A stretch of 62,948 nucleotides of DNA, filler included, from Octopus bimaculoides (GCF_001194135.2; 3 parts of 3 records of this genome joined end to end with filler, not necessarily neighbours in it); one strand, 5' to 3'. Positions 40,398 to 53,651 are shown, counted from the whole stretch's first letter. Numbers and translations: made by a program. Notes: generated by a model not told the origin, from the sequence alone.

Positions 40398-40671
40398 GTA
40401 CGCTCCCCCCCCCAATACATATATTCACCCTAACGTTTATACACCCAAATTTTAGCAGTCCGTTCGTTTACGATATGAAGCCATTCATAAAAGTAATATT
40501 TACGATCAGTTGCCATTCACTAAAATATATATATATATTTGTCTATTCATATACTTCGTATATGTTGAATTAAATCATATTCTATGCTACATGTCCAGCG
40601 TCCAATGCTGTTTACGTTTGCTTTCATTCATAAATCTAGATTTTTACATAGCCGTGTTAAATAGTACAGCC

Positions 40672-40715
<44 letters not shown>

Positions 40716-40945
40716 GTCGGTCTGTCCGTTTGTCCAATTTGTGTCCAACACTTTCTTTCCGTGTACATCACGCCTTCTTTCTCTGTGCAGATCCGCGAGG
40801 GTATACACGATTGTGTATGTATTTTACCATTACTTAGCTGCTAAGATAAGTGGGTGACACAATTGCTTACAGTTTCGTGTGTGACACATATTGGCCTCTT
40901 ATGTGTGTGTGTATATAGATATATTTATATATATATGTATGCATG

Positions 40946-41004
<59 letters not shown>

Positions 41005-41147
41005 TTATATATATGCATATATATATGTATACGTATATATATGCATCTATATGTGTGCATCTTATTATATAGGTGAATATATATGTATATAAATATATGT
41101 ATATATATTTATATATATATATTTACGTATGTATGTATCTCTCTCTC

Positions 41148-41191
<44 letters not shown>

Positions 41192-41260
41192 TTCACATAC
41201 ACAAACATATATCACATACATTTACATGTATATATACACGAAATATGTTATGTTTACATG

Positions 41261-41293
<33 letters not shown>

Positions 41294-41328
41294 TGTATNN
41301 NNNNNNNNAAATATGTTATGTTTACATG

Positions 41329-41361
<33 letters not shown>

Positions 41362-42303
41362 TGTATATATGCATACAAACGTACATACATATACATATTT
41401 ATTTTATATACATGTATGTATATATGCCCAGTATATATGTTTGCAAGTATATATTATATGTACGTATATATATATATATACACATACGCATGCACACATT
41501 CAGACATGCACACACATAGACACACACATACACACATATACATACCTATATGTATACCTATATATAAGTTGATAGACAGACAGATAGACAAATGAATAGA
41601 TAGGGAGACAAATGAAGAGAAGAAGAAGAAGAAGAAGAAGAAGAGAGAAAGAGTGAGAGTAAGAGAGAGAGAGGAAGAGAGAGATATGTTACAAGGCAGA
41701 TATAGATGCTGTTTTGTGCAGTAGCGTATAATTGTTGAGAAATGCATGCAGAACTGAGCAATTGACGAATATATAAAAACAGCAGACACTGCATAAATAT
41801 ATATCTATATACGTGTGTATATATATCTATATACTGCAGACGAGACACATTAAAACCGACACCAAATAGTGCAGTAGCAAATGTAAGCAACGTTTTCGTC
41901 TCTTCATTGCAATCTATCCCGCCAAATATTATCGTCTGCTAGCTTACATACCGAAATTGCTTTCATTCAAACACAACTCTGTCTTTCCTTTTTATCTTTG
42001 TATCTCTTTTTCCCTTTGATTTTCCAGTTTTGATTTCTTTGAATATTTTCTTCATTCTTTTCTTCTCTTTCTTTCATAAAATTTTTTGTTAAAATTTGCT
42101 GTTTGTTGCTTTCTTTCTGTTCTTTGTTTGTTTGTTTCTTTTCTGTTCTTATGTCCGTTCGATCTCCACTCACCAAACATTATATCGTCTGTTAAGTAAT
42201 TTATATACGTTAAAGGTATTTTTAATATCAACACTAACATAAACAAGCATTAGTCTCTCCTTTTCTACAGATTTCTGTTTGTTCTTGTCTCTTCTCTATC
42301 AAT

Positions 42304-42381
<78 letters not shown>

Positions 42382-42686
42382 AAACATACACACGTACAAA
42401 CACACAGGCATACACACACATATACATGAAAGAAACACACACAGACATGCGTATGAGAAATCATAAGAATTATGTAGGTTTAAATGTATGTGTGAGCGTA
42501 TATGAGTGTATAGTTTTAGTGTTACATACATATATACATCTCCACATACAGACACACACATACACTTCATACATACACGGAGCTTTACATGCATACACGC
42601 ATACTCATAAACACCTGTACGTACACACGCATAGACATATGTATATACATATATAAACTGATATATATGTTTACATACATACACAC

Positions 42687-42741
<55 letters not shown>

Positions 42742-43215
42742 CACACATGTATTTATGTGTTTGTGTGCGTGTCTAAGTATCTGCATGTGTGTACGTATGT
42801 ATACAAACATAAACATAGAAGTGTGTGTGTGTACGTGTGTGTTTGTAAAGAAAGAAAATACAAGAGCAACCCTCCCCAAAATTATAGAATTACACACACA
42901 CACACACGCGCGCATTCACCTAAATAATTCTGCTAATTCGTCGATTTGTTTACCTCGTCTCTAACTCTGACAAACTATGTCTGGCACTGTAAACATTCTC
43001 TCTCTCTCTCTTTCTCTGCCCCTCTCCCTCTTTCATTTAGACCATAATTCATTCTTTCAAAATCTCATTCACTCTCTATATTTACTCCATATTTCTAATT
43101 TGTCCCTCCTTCTCACTCGTATCCTCTCTCTCTTTCTGTCAGACTGTCTCTCTATCTATCTGCCTATCTAACTTGTATAAACTTTTTGTCTTTAAACGTC
43201 TATCTTTCTTTCTCT

Positions 43216-43295
<80 letters not shown>

Positions 43296-43406
43296 CTTCC
43301 GTGAAATCCTCTCGCATCATCTCTTTTTGTCCCGATTTTCCCCTCATTCTCCCCATCACCAAATCACCATCAACTTTACTAGAATTTTCTCAAGAACTTC
43401 ACTTAC

Positions 43407-43875
43407 TTTCCAAATCTTCGCAATCTCTGAAGAGATTGCCATACTGCAGATATATAACAATTTCACACATGTCCAGGTGAGGGTCAAGAACATAGCTGTC
43501 TTCAGTGGTGGCCAGATATTTCTCAGGTGTATTCGTATAGTTGAAATAGTACTTCCGGACCAAAATCGGAGATTGGTAAAAAGTCACATTATAAGTCGGA
43601 ATTTCGGCCGTTTGAGAATTTGGGAAATGGTTCGGATAAAAATACAAAATCTGGAGGTAGGAGTTCGTATCTCTGGGCACAATGATTTTCGTACGATTCG
43701 ACGTGGACACCACTCGAAAGAGACGAACAAAATCGAAACCGCGATATTCCCAGTAGTCCGTGGAAATGGCAATAATTAACAGAATTGTCACGTTGATTGT
43801 ATAAATCAACGAACTAAGGCCAAAGAATTTCATTAAGTCGCAAGTCGGCCCGGACGAAGATGCGTTCTGTGACAT
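43407..43875 (-). CDS. First coding exon of a putative claudin/PMP22/EMP-superfamily membrane protein (partial)
   Basis: Stop-free non-repetitive frame MSQNASS... with one hydrophobic segment ending AISTDYW and a later YGNLFRDC (W...GLW..C-like signature). Ends at a consensus donor A|GTAAGT (43406-43401), phase 1. An alternative in-frame ATG lies at 43902. Confidence 0.75.
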
Positions 43876-43925
43876 CTTCGTGGGAATTGGACGGTTCCAC
43901 ATGGTGCTGGTTGCTGGTAGGCTGC

Positions 43926-43933
43926 TTTATATA
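43926..43933 (-). promoter_or_regulatory. TATA box candidate
   Basis: TATATAAA ~58 nt upstream of the ATG at 43875, implying a TSS near 43903. Confidence 0.5.
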
Positions 43934-45006
43934 CCTGCTTCCTAAAATACCTTCTACTTGGAACAACCCGTTTTTCGGAGGCGCGTAATTTGATTTGTCT
44001 TCGTTAATAACACGGATTATGATAATAATATTATTAACACTAATTAATATTATTACCACTGTTGTAGTTATTGTCGTTGTTATTGCAGTAGGTGTTGCTT
44101 ATATTATTAAACCTGAATAATTAGTGACTCGTCTGTTGTGGTCGTGCACGTTAATTATTTTGTTTACTGCTAACACTAATTGTTATTGGTGTTAATTTTT
44201 TCTTTATCTCCCGCCTTCCGTTTGTTGTTTTCTGTTTATACTTCAACAAGAGATAATCTGAAAAAATATAAACAAAGAAGAAATACCGTATTAATACCTT
44301 TAAAGATAATACACTCGCAAATATATGTGTGCAAATATATTTAAAAGAAAACACACACAACATATAGATATCCACACACACACAGTAAACACACCAATAT
44401 TTATATCTTTATACACATACCCACACTTATGTATGTATGTATGTATGTATGTATGTATGTATGTATGTATGTATGTATGCATGTGTGTATGTATGTATGC
44501 ATGCATGTGTGTATGAATGTACATATGTATGTATGCATATATGCATGCATGTATGAATTTATGCACGTATGCATATATGTATGCATGTATGTATATATAT
44601 ATGTATGTATTCATGTACGCATGTATGTATGTAAGAATGTACGTATGTATGTGCATATGTATGTATGTATGTATGCATGTATGCATGTATGTATTTATGC
44701 AGATTTGTATGTATGTATTTATGCTTGCATGTACGTATGAATGTATGTACGTATGTATGTATGTATATAACGTGAGAGAGTTAGGGGTTGGGGGTTCAAC
44801 CCANNNNNNNNNNNNNNNNNNNNNNNNNNNNNNNNNNNNNNNNNNNNNNNNNNNNNNNNNNNNNNNNNNNNNNNNNNNNNNNNNNNNNNNNNNNNNNNNN
44901 NNNNNNNNNNNNNNNNNNNNNNNNNNNNNNNNNNNNNNNNNNNNNNNNNNNNNNNNNNNNNNNNNNNNNNNNNNNNNNNNNNNNNNNNNNNNNNNNNNNN
45001 NNNNNN

Positions 45007-46252
45007 TAGCAAAAGTGCCAAAAAAAGGAAGAAAAGAAAAAGAAAGAAAGAACCAAAGCACAGGTGTCCATGGCAGACTATGTTATTTTGCCAACATGGT
45101 TTACATATAGAAGTACAAAGTACATAAGGAATTCGAGGATGAACAGAAGTTTAATCTTACAGTTGTCTCGGCTTAGTTTTAGCAAGCCCCATTCTATCCG
45201 AATATTCCTTTCCGGAGTGATTATCGGATGACATTTTGAAATGGGGTTACATGCCCGAACCTCTAGGCCTCTTCAGAGATTCACAAAGGGTTACATACAA
45301 ATGTAGAGCAAGANNNNNNNNNNNNNNNNNNNNNNNNNNNNNNNNNNNNNNNNNNNNNNNNNNNNNNNNNNNNNNNNNNNNNNNNNNNNNNNNNNNNNNN
45401 NNNNNNNNNNNNNNNNNNNNNNNNNNNNNNNNNNNNNNNNNNNNNNNNNNNNNNNNNNNNNNNNNNNNNNNNNNNNNNNNNNNNNNNNNNNNNNNNNNNN
45501 NNNNNNNNNNNNNNNNNNNNNNNNNNNNNNNNNNNNNNNNNNNNNNNNNNNNNNNNNNNNNNNNNNNNNNNNNNNNNNNNNNNNNNNNNNNNNNNNNNNN
45601 NNNNNNNNNNNNNNNNNNNNNNNNNNNNNNNNNNNNNNNNNNNNNNNNNNNNNNNNNNNNNNNNNNNNNNNNNNNNNNNNNNNNNNNNNNNNNNNNNNNN
45701 NNNNNNNNNNNNNNNNNNNNNNNNNNNNNNNNNNNNNNNNNNNNNNNNNNNNNNNNNNNNNNNNNNNNNNNTTTAGAAAGGAAGTTTTGCTGAGTGTGTG
45801 TGTGTCATTTCTGTGTATATTGGAAGGTTCTATGTAGAAGATCATTTTATTTATATTTTGATTTTAATTTTATTTTTTATTTTTATTTCTATCTTATTTT
45901 TGCTGTTGTTTTTCTTCTGGTCTCTACCACACCTCTGTTTTTGCCTCTTGCCCTACATTTGTATGTAACCCTTTGTGAATCTCTGAAGAGGCCTAGAGGT
46001 TCGGGCATGTAACCCCATTTCAAAATGTCATCCGATAATCACTCCGGAAAGGAATATTCGGATAGAATGAGACTTGCTAAAACTAAGCCGAGACAGCTGT
46101 AAGATTAAACTTCTGTTCATCCTCGAATTCCTTATGTACTTTGTACTTCTATATGTAAACCATGTTGGCAAAATAACATAGTCTGCCATGGACACCTGTG
46201 CTTTGGTTCTTTCTTTCTTTTTCTTTTCTTCCTTTTTTTGGCACTTTTGCTA
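45007..46252. repeat. 306-bp near-identical inverted repeat pair
   Basis: 45007-45312 is the reverse complement of 45947-46252 with at least 4 mismatches. The left arm sits between two gaps. Confidence 0.9.
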
Positions 46253-46564
46253 TGAATTAAATTAATGAATTCAACGGGATACACCGTCTGCAAGTAGTTG
46301 GGTTCAGCATATTATCCTCCATTTTCTAATTGTTACACATGTATGTATATATATGTTTATATATACTTATGTATGTATGTATGTATGTTGCATATATGTA
46401 TGTTGCATATATGTATGTTTGTATGCATGCATACATGCATGTATGCATGTATGTATATGCGTATGTATGTATACATGTATTTATGTGTCTATCAATTTAT
46501 CTATCCGTCCATCCATCCATACATGTGTGCGTTTGTGATGTGTATATGTATATAGGTATGTATG

Positions 46565-46647
<83 letters not shown>

Positions 46648-47014
46648 CGACACACACACACATATATACACATGCACATCCACACATAAATATACACATG
46701 CGAAGACATATATAGTAGAGTATAACACAATTATCTAACAAGTTATGTTTTCAATGTGAACAGAATACTGACGAGGCCGAAGGAGAGAGAATTTCAGGAG
46801 CGTATTATGCTATGCATACATAGACAGACAGACAGGCAGACAAACTGACAGACAGACAGACAGATAGATACATAGATAACTGGTTAGATAGATAGATAGA
46901 CTGACAAATGGATAGATAAATAGATAGATAAATAGATAGATAGATAGATTGGTAGATACATGATCATATAGATAACTGATCATATATATATATATATATA
47001 TATATAAACAAAAA

Positions 47015-47160
47015 CAATTGCAGCGTGGAAGGTGTTTATAAGTAATTTAAAAACACACACAAAAAAAAAAACCATTAGATTCACTTCAACATTTAAATTT
47101 AATTTGTCAAAATATTTTCGTCGTGACCTGTTCACTGTGACCTGTTCACTGCCAAAATTA
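47015..47160 (-). mobile_element. Second copy of the ~150-bp G3:C8 HHR element
   Basis: Homologous to 25311-25455. GTGAACA core retained; 14-bp tandem duplication GTGACCTGTTCACT x2. Confidence 0.85.
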
Positions 47161-47215
47161 CATAAAACAAATACGAACTAATATAGCTCTTAAATTTGAC
47201 AGAAGAAGGCAGGCT

Positions 47216-47288
47216 AATTCGCTGGTGTAAAGGTAACACACTTAGTCGCGTTAACAGAGGGATGTGGGTGCGACTCCCACACGGATAG
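47216..47288 (+). pseudogene. tRNA-like sequence (pseudogene or SINE head)
   Basis: 73 nt. D-stem GTGT/ACAC, T-stem GTGGG/CCCAC with loop TGCGACT, partial acceptor stem, broken anticodon stem. T8 run at 47299-47306. Confidence 0.5.
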
Positions 47289-47307
47289 GAAACCCTCCTT
47301 TTTTTTC

Positions 47308-47407
47308 NNNNNNNNNNNNNNNNNNNNNNNNNNNNNNNNNNNNNNNNNNNNTTAATTAATTAANNNNNNNNNNNNNNNNNNNNNNNNNNNNNNNNNNNNN
47401 NNNNNNN
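47308..47407. other. Artificial 100-nt scaffold join (44 N + TTAATTAATTAA + 44 N)
   Basis: Same construct as 24039-24138. Confidence 0.95.
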
Positions 47408-47681
47408 TATTTGATCCTTTATATTGAACACTCAATATTTCATCTACATTCAATACTTTCTTTCATGGTGCCATCCATTTTTATTTTATTTTATTTTATA
47501 TTGTATATTGTATATCATATTATATATTGTATATTCCATATTCTATACCCCACATTAGTTCTGCAGGAATATAAATAAAACATAAAAAACAGACAGTGTT
47601 GGAACTCTTTTAAGCAAAATAATATATTCCTCTATACACAATCATACAAAAAAACCCACCTTTTTTGTATTTATTTTTACT

Positions 47682-47721
<40 letters not shown>

Positions 47722-47723
<2 letters not shown>

Positions 47724-48225
47724 CGAGGGGTGTATATTAAATATTTCCCCTGACTCACTTCCCAAAGTCTGGGATAAACAAAACTTGACATAATTATTAG
47801 TCCTTAGCCACCACCAATGATGACACACTTCTCCCATTGCTTTATGCAGCTGTGAAGACCTCATTTATAGGAGTCAGTAGGTTGCATCTGGAACCAAAAC
47901 TTGCCCTTGGAAATAAGTTCATCATCATCTGAAAAGTGCTTCCCCTTCAAAAAAGACTTTATGGTTGGAAAGAGGTGGAAGTCAGATGTTGCAAGGTCAG
48001 GAGAGTAAGGGGGGGTGAGGAAGGTTTTCATGGCCATAGGAGTGTGCTTTCATCTGGGCAACATGCACATTGTGAACTGGAGTGTTGTCTTGGAGGAGGC
48101 AAACTCTTTTGGTCAGCATGCCATGCCCCACTGCTTTGATGGCACCCAGCAATTTCTGCAGCAGTGAAGCATAATATGACCTGTTAATTGTGGTGCCCTT
48201 CACCGGAAACTCCATCATCACATAC
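47722..48225 (-). mobile_element. mariner transposase 3' half with TIR
   Basis: GTTINRSYYASLL...LLQDNTPVH...LPHPP/YSPDLATSDFHLFP (mariner YSPDL motif); TA-CGAGGGG end. Confidence 0.9.
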
Positions 48226-48333
48226 ATGGCTGTTCACATATACATCCATATACATACTAACACTTTGACACAGGCACACACACACACACATGCACACACA
48301 CACACATGCACACACACACGCACACACGGACAA

Positions 48334-48365
<32 letters not shown>

Positions 48366-48989
48366 TTTTTGATTTTGTTTTTGCGACGTTCTGGTTAGCA
48401 GTGTCTGAAGTGTTCTTGGTGTTATTGCCTGTTTTGTTGATTCCTTTTATTTTACTTTTTGTTTTGATCCTATTATAACTGTCAAGGTTGCTATCCATGT
48501 TTTTGTGAGTCCTATTGTGTTTATTTTTGTTATTGTTACTATACTCTGTGTTGTTTTACTCTGTTTGTTCCTTGTCTGTAGTCGTTGTTTGCATGTATAT
48601 TTTTTTATTGTTGTATTTATGTATGTAGTACTCCATGTTGTTGGATGTGGTATACAATACTTTCACTGTGTGCTTATTGAAGATATGATGGTATTTATTT
48701 GTTTTAAGGAAGCACCTATCTAATGCTGCAAGGAATTTTTATACCTATCTTCAATGATACATGCAAAAATTGGGTTATACCATAAGACCTTGGAATCATT
48801 GTATTTTTGTTTGGTCCTTTTAACCTATTTTGCGTGTTGTTGGCATTTTTGCTATTATTGTTATTGTTTGGATTTTTTTTCCTATCTTTCCATTCAGTCA
48901 AAAACAAAAACAAAACAAAAACAAAAACAAAACAAATAACTACAAAAATAATAATAGTGCAAACCTTTGTAGCTGTCACAAGAAATTTG

Positions 48990-49230
48990 CATGTCCACTC
49001 ATGAACCAATGCATGCAAAATACATCATATACAAATGCACAATCACCACAACATAAATATGCATACATAGGAAACTCCAAAAACCAATTCAAGATTTGTT
49101 ATTGCAACCATATCTCCTTATTCCCTAAAATAAACCAGCAACATGCAACACCACTAGCAGACATAATATGGAGATTAAAAGAAGGAAAAATAAAATATGA
49201 AATAGAATGGTCAATGATAAAAAAAAATAC
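48990..49230 (+). mobile_element. Penelope-like GIY-YIG endonuclease fragment
   Basis: CPLMNQCMQ...YAYIGNSKNQFKICYCNH...LADIIWRLKEGKIKYEIEWSMI. Confidence 0.7.
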
Positions 49231-49424
49231 ACATCCATCTATTATAATAATGAGCTTGTTTGTAAGTTTGTCCAAAATCACGCAATAAAGAAGTAGCAGT
49301 GTCAGTAAGAGTAAAAAATGAGAAGAGACAAAATGGTAATAACAATGAGAGAGAGATTGGTATCAAACAGCGCCTCTCACCCTCTCTCTCAACAAAACCC
49401 TTTTCACTTTATTGATGAATGCTG

Positions 49425-49485
<61 letters not shown>

Positions 49486-50066
49486 AACAACATTTTCATT
49501 TTTATTCAATGAATGCTGATTTTTTTTCTGGTAAATATTAATAAAATATAACATAAGTAAATAAGATTTTTGCACCTCAAAATTATTATTTTTTTTTTTT
49601 GTATCTCTATGGATGTTTGACTGTTCTGGAGGATTTTTCTGCTTAAAAAATTGCAAAGTTAATAGAATATAGCATAAGTAAATAAGCAGTAATTTTTAAG
49701 TCATAAAATTAAAATATTGAATATTGAAAGAAAGCTTGATAACATTGTCTGTTTAAAGAAAGCTAAATATAAAAGGTAGGTAATTATAAATATTTACAAA
49801 TACTTGCTACTACAGTGATGTTTGTAAATATTTATGAAGGAAGAATTTTGCCAAGGAGGTGAAGTTTGTCTTCAAGATCTTTTTCGATTTCAGGCAGTAA
49901 AGAGTGTGTGAGAGAGAGACAGAGAGACAGAGATAGAGAATGTTTAGAAGTTGCTGGAAAAAAAAGTCTGTGTGTATGCTGTTAATGTAATCCTGTGTAA
50001 TTTTGGACTTTGTATGGTTACATATAGAAATATAAACAAACTGATGCACACACACACACACGCACG

Positions 50067-50106
<40 letters not shown>

Positions 50107-50159
50107 TGTATTCACTTGTTTTTAAGTTTATGTTCCGTTGTATTAAATATACTCATCCA

Positions 50160-50620
50160 CCTGCTATGGAGAATGAATCAGACAGAATGTGACAGTTAGC
50201 CAGAGAGAGACAAAGGTGAAGAACAACCAGTCTCACTCAGGAAGAACTGGATGCAAGAAGATTAAACAATACAATAAGGTTATTAAATCAATCGCAAGAA
50301 GTGAGACAAGGGAGACAAGTGCAAAATGCAAGAAGAGAGGCTCGAAGACGTCAAAATGAAAAGAAGCACCTAATTGCACAAAGGAGAGACATCCAAAGAG
50401 AGAGAGACCAGCACAAAAGCACCAAGATGAAACAGAAGAGCAAGCAGCAATGAGGAGAGAATATCTAAGAATGAGAGCATCGCAAAGGTAACAAGATGAA
50501 ACGGAAGAGGAAGCACAAAGGAGAGAAATTGAAAGAGAGAGAACATCAAGAAGAATGGAAGAATTAATTAATACTGAAATGGACCATCCAAAACAAGGCG
50601 AACTCATTGCTGGTAGGAGT
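50160..50620 (+). mobile_element. Helitron-like N-terminal charged repeat remnant
   Basis: QDETEEQAAMRREYLRMRASQR*QDETEEEAQRRE resembles ET.E...R repeats of Helitron Rep proteins. No Rep or helicase motif seen. Confidence 0.45.
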
Positions 50621-51059
50621 TTCACTAGAAACATGGTGTTGAAGCAATTACTGATAAAGGTTGTAATGCTTTTTTTTAAATTTTACTTTCCTTATCATTT
50701 TCATGCTGTCGTTTCTGACAGCACGGGTACACTAGTATAATATATTATCCAGCATATGTGACCTGTACCTAGAGGAAGCTTTGTGCATTCTGTTAAGTAA
50801 AGTAAACTTGGTAAACAAGCATGCTGAGAAAATCCAAACTGCACCAAATTTGTTTTTTCCAGATGCAACACAATAGAATAATGATAATTCAGTGAACTCT
50901 CTCCCTTCCCCTTCTCCCTATCCACATGTGCATGTGTCTGATTGTATTTCTATTTGTACATATGTATATGTCCACGTGTTTAGCATGCAAGGATGTATGT
51001 ATTTATGTATATATATATATATATATATATATGGGAGAATTTACGAAAAAAAACAACAG

Positions 51060-52450
51060 ACGAGGACGGGTGGTGTAAACAACAAAAGGATGCATTAGTT
51101 TAACGCTCGGGAATAGAGAAAGTCTTTAACGTTTCGAGCTATGCTCTTCAACAGAAAGAAATAAAGAGAAAAACAAGGAGAAAAAAATTTTAATGTCGTG
51201 GTCAGCGATCTATCATGGCGACTGCCGGACAGAAAGTTCACACAGGAGAGCTAAGAAAAACGGGAGATAACAAAAGGGGAGATAACAAAAGGGGAAAGAA
51301 ATGGTGAACCCAAATACGAGAAGCTGTGTGTGTATGTGAGAGAATGCTGGTGATCTTAAAGTATGTATGTGTGTATGTAGGTGTGAAAAAGTGGGAAAGA
51401 GAGAAGGGAGTTGGTCAGTGCTAGTGTGTGCGTGGTGGTGTGTTGTGAAGTTGTGTTGTGTGATACGGTGTAACATGGTGTGATGTGAGTGTTGGGAGGT
51501 GGGGAAGGCGAAGGTGGCAGAGGTGAGAGTAGGGAAAGCATGGGTNNNNNNNNNNNNNNNNNNNNNNNNNNNNNNNNNNNNNNNNNNNNNNNNNNNNNNN
51601 NNNNNNNNNNNNNNNNNNNNNNNNNNNNNNNNNNNNNNNNNNNNNNNNNNNNNNNNNNNNNNNNNNNNNNNNNNNNNNNNNNNNNNNNNNNNNNNNNNNN
51701 NNNNNNNNNNNNNNNNNNNNNNNNNNNNNNNNNNNNNNNNNNNNNNNNNNNNNNNNNNNNNNNNNNNNNNNNNNNNNNNNNNNNNNNNNNNNNNNNNNNN
51801 NNNNNNNNNNNNNNNNNNNNNNNNNNNNNNNNNNNNNNNNNNNNNNNNNNNNNNNNNNNNNNNNNNNNNNNNNNNNNNNNNNNNNNNNNNNNNNNNNNNN
51901 NNNNNNNNNNNNNNNNNNNNNNNNNNNNNNNNNNNNNNNNNNNNNNNNNNNNNNNNNNNNNNNNNNNNNNNNNNNNNNNNNNNNNNNNNNNNNNNNNNNN
52001 NNNNNNNNNNNNNNNNNNNNNNNNNNNNNNNNNNNNNNNNNNNNNNNNNNNNNNNNNNNNNNNNNNNNNNNNNNNNNNNNNNNNNNNNNNNNNNNNNNNN
52101 NNNNNNNNNNNNNNNNNNNNNNNNNNNNNNNNNNNNNNNNNNNNNNNNNNNNNNNNTGGCATGACACTGGGGTGTCATTGCAAACGTTGATGTCTCGGAG
52201 GTGTTCTGCGAATTGGTCAGCCAGGCAGCACCCCGTTTGTCCGATGTACAGAGAGAGCGTGGGCGGAAGCAAGTCAATGAGCCAGGTTGGGAGGTTGGGT
52301 TAGGGAAGAAGCTGTGGACCAAGAGGTCTTGTAGGTTATGGGCTCGTTTGAAGGAGGGAATGGGTCGATTAGGGAAGGTGTGGGAGGTGGAGGGGTCGGA
52401 TGGTCGTCCACTTGTGACCATTGCTGACCTTCAGGAACATTGTGCACTCT
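51060..52450 (-). mobile_element. Penelope-like element 3' part: GIY-YIG fragment and pLTR-like tail, gap inside
   Basis: SFKRAHNLQDLLVHS...PGSLTCFRPR and LYIGQTGCCLADQFAEHLRDI at 52158-52440. T-rich tail with an HHR motif at 51123. Confidence 0.8.
51123..51159 (-). ncRNA. Minimal PLE-type hammerhead motif with A6U core change
   Basis: TCTTT-CTGTTGA-A-GAGC-ATA-GCTC-GAAAC-GTT-AAAGA: 5-bp stem I, 4-bp stem II, palindromic AACGTT. Confidence 0.75.
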
Positions 52451-52711
52451 AGGACTAACTTATATTTTGCATTTGCGGCTCAATTGGTGGCTAATGAGCC
52501 TTACTCTTGACAAGCATACATGACTGCAAACATTACAAACCAAGCTTTTCCCATTCGCTACACCAGCAGTGTGCTTTCAAGCAGCATGCTTAAGTTCTTC
52601 ATGTAGAATACATGTTCTTTCAAAAGTGTCAACCCCCTCCTTAACCTGCTTTAACCATCCATGGTGATGACAAGCATTGCTCTCCCAGTCAGTCTCCTGC
52701 ATGTGTATATA

Positions 52712-53038
52712 TAGTGGTGGACTGACCAGATTGCCAGCTTGCCCGATGGCAAGTGGGCCCCGGCACCATTAGAATCCATATATAGGGGCCCATGTTAGTA
52801 TCTAAGAGGCCCGTCCCCTCAAGTTTGAGAATTTTTTATTCACTCTTGGAAGAATGCATTATTTCAGCCTGGCTGTGTTTGTAGACAGTTGAAAACAATA
52901 CATTTAATAAAAAAAAATTAAATGATAGCATTGTAGATGTGGGTGGACCCCTTGTAGTAGAAGGTGGGCCCCTTGTAGTAGCAGGTTGGCCTCCTTAGTC
53001 TCCTGGCAAACAATATTTTTAGACCCAGTCTGCCACTG
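52712..53038. mobile_element. hAT-like MITE
   Basis: Imperfect TIRs TAGTGGTGGACTG / CAGTCTGCCACTG. TSD ambiguous within (TA)n. Confidence 0.55.
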
Positions 53039-53120
53039 TATATGTATATATATTTGTATATGTTTATGTATGTGAGTGTGAATAAATATCCATATATGTG
53101 TGCATGTGTGTGTGTCTGTG

Positions 53121-53153
<33 letters not shown>

Positions 53154-53324
53154 GCTATCAGAGTAATTGCGCTAAGCAGTGTTTACATATAATAACAATT
53201 TAGGTTAGTTGAAATATGTTTGTCACATTTCAACTGCTAAAGGCAAATACACTGCAGTTACCATGGAAAAAAAGTTTCTCTTATCGTAAAAAGATGTGAA
53301 AACACCCCGTTAGTTCAGTGTCAC

Positions 53325-53397
53325 CCTCTCTTGGAAATCTCAGACATCGATGTTTCGAGTTTATTGACTCTTGTCAATGAGATGTACCAAAGAGAGG
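53325..53397 (-). ncRNA. Type I hammerhead ribozyme with compensatory U3:A8 core (intact copy)
   Basis: ATCTCA-TTGACAA-GAGT-CAATAA-ACTC-GAAA-CA-TCGA-TG-TC-TGAGAT. Extended stem I (CCTCTCT/AGAGAGG, TGG/CCA) beyond an internal loop. GUC triplet, predicted cut after 53343. Confidence 0.85.
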
Positions 53398-53651
53398 CGA
53401 CTCTTAATGAGCTTTATAGCTTTATATATAATTCAGTCAACACAGTGACTGATTTGCTCTAGTAGATCACCCAATCGAGAAAAATATCAGAATAATTGCG
53501 CTAAGCAGTGTTTACATATAATAACAATTTAAGTTAGTTGAAATATGTTTGTCACATATTTCAACTGCTAAAGGCAAATACACTGCAGTTACTATGGAGT
53601 TACTCTCTTATGATAAAAAGGTGTGAAAACACCCCATTCGTTCAGTGTCGC

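Noticed and set aside
41230-41367. Exact ~58-bp direct repeat across a 10-N gap
   Set aside because: Typical unmerged contig-overlap artefact.
43186-43779. 197-aa plus-strand ORF
   Set aside because: Starts in a (CA)n tract and is the antisense shadow of the minus-strand exon.
45983-46010. CTGAAGA-GGCC-TAGA-GGTT motif
   Set aside because: No GAAA and no stem I adjacent to the core.
50233-50634. 133-aa minus-strand L/S-rich ORF
   Set aside because: Antisense of a purine-rich charged-repeat remnant.
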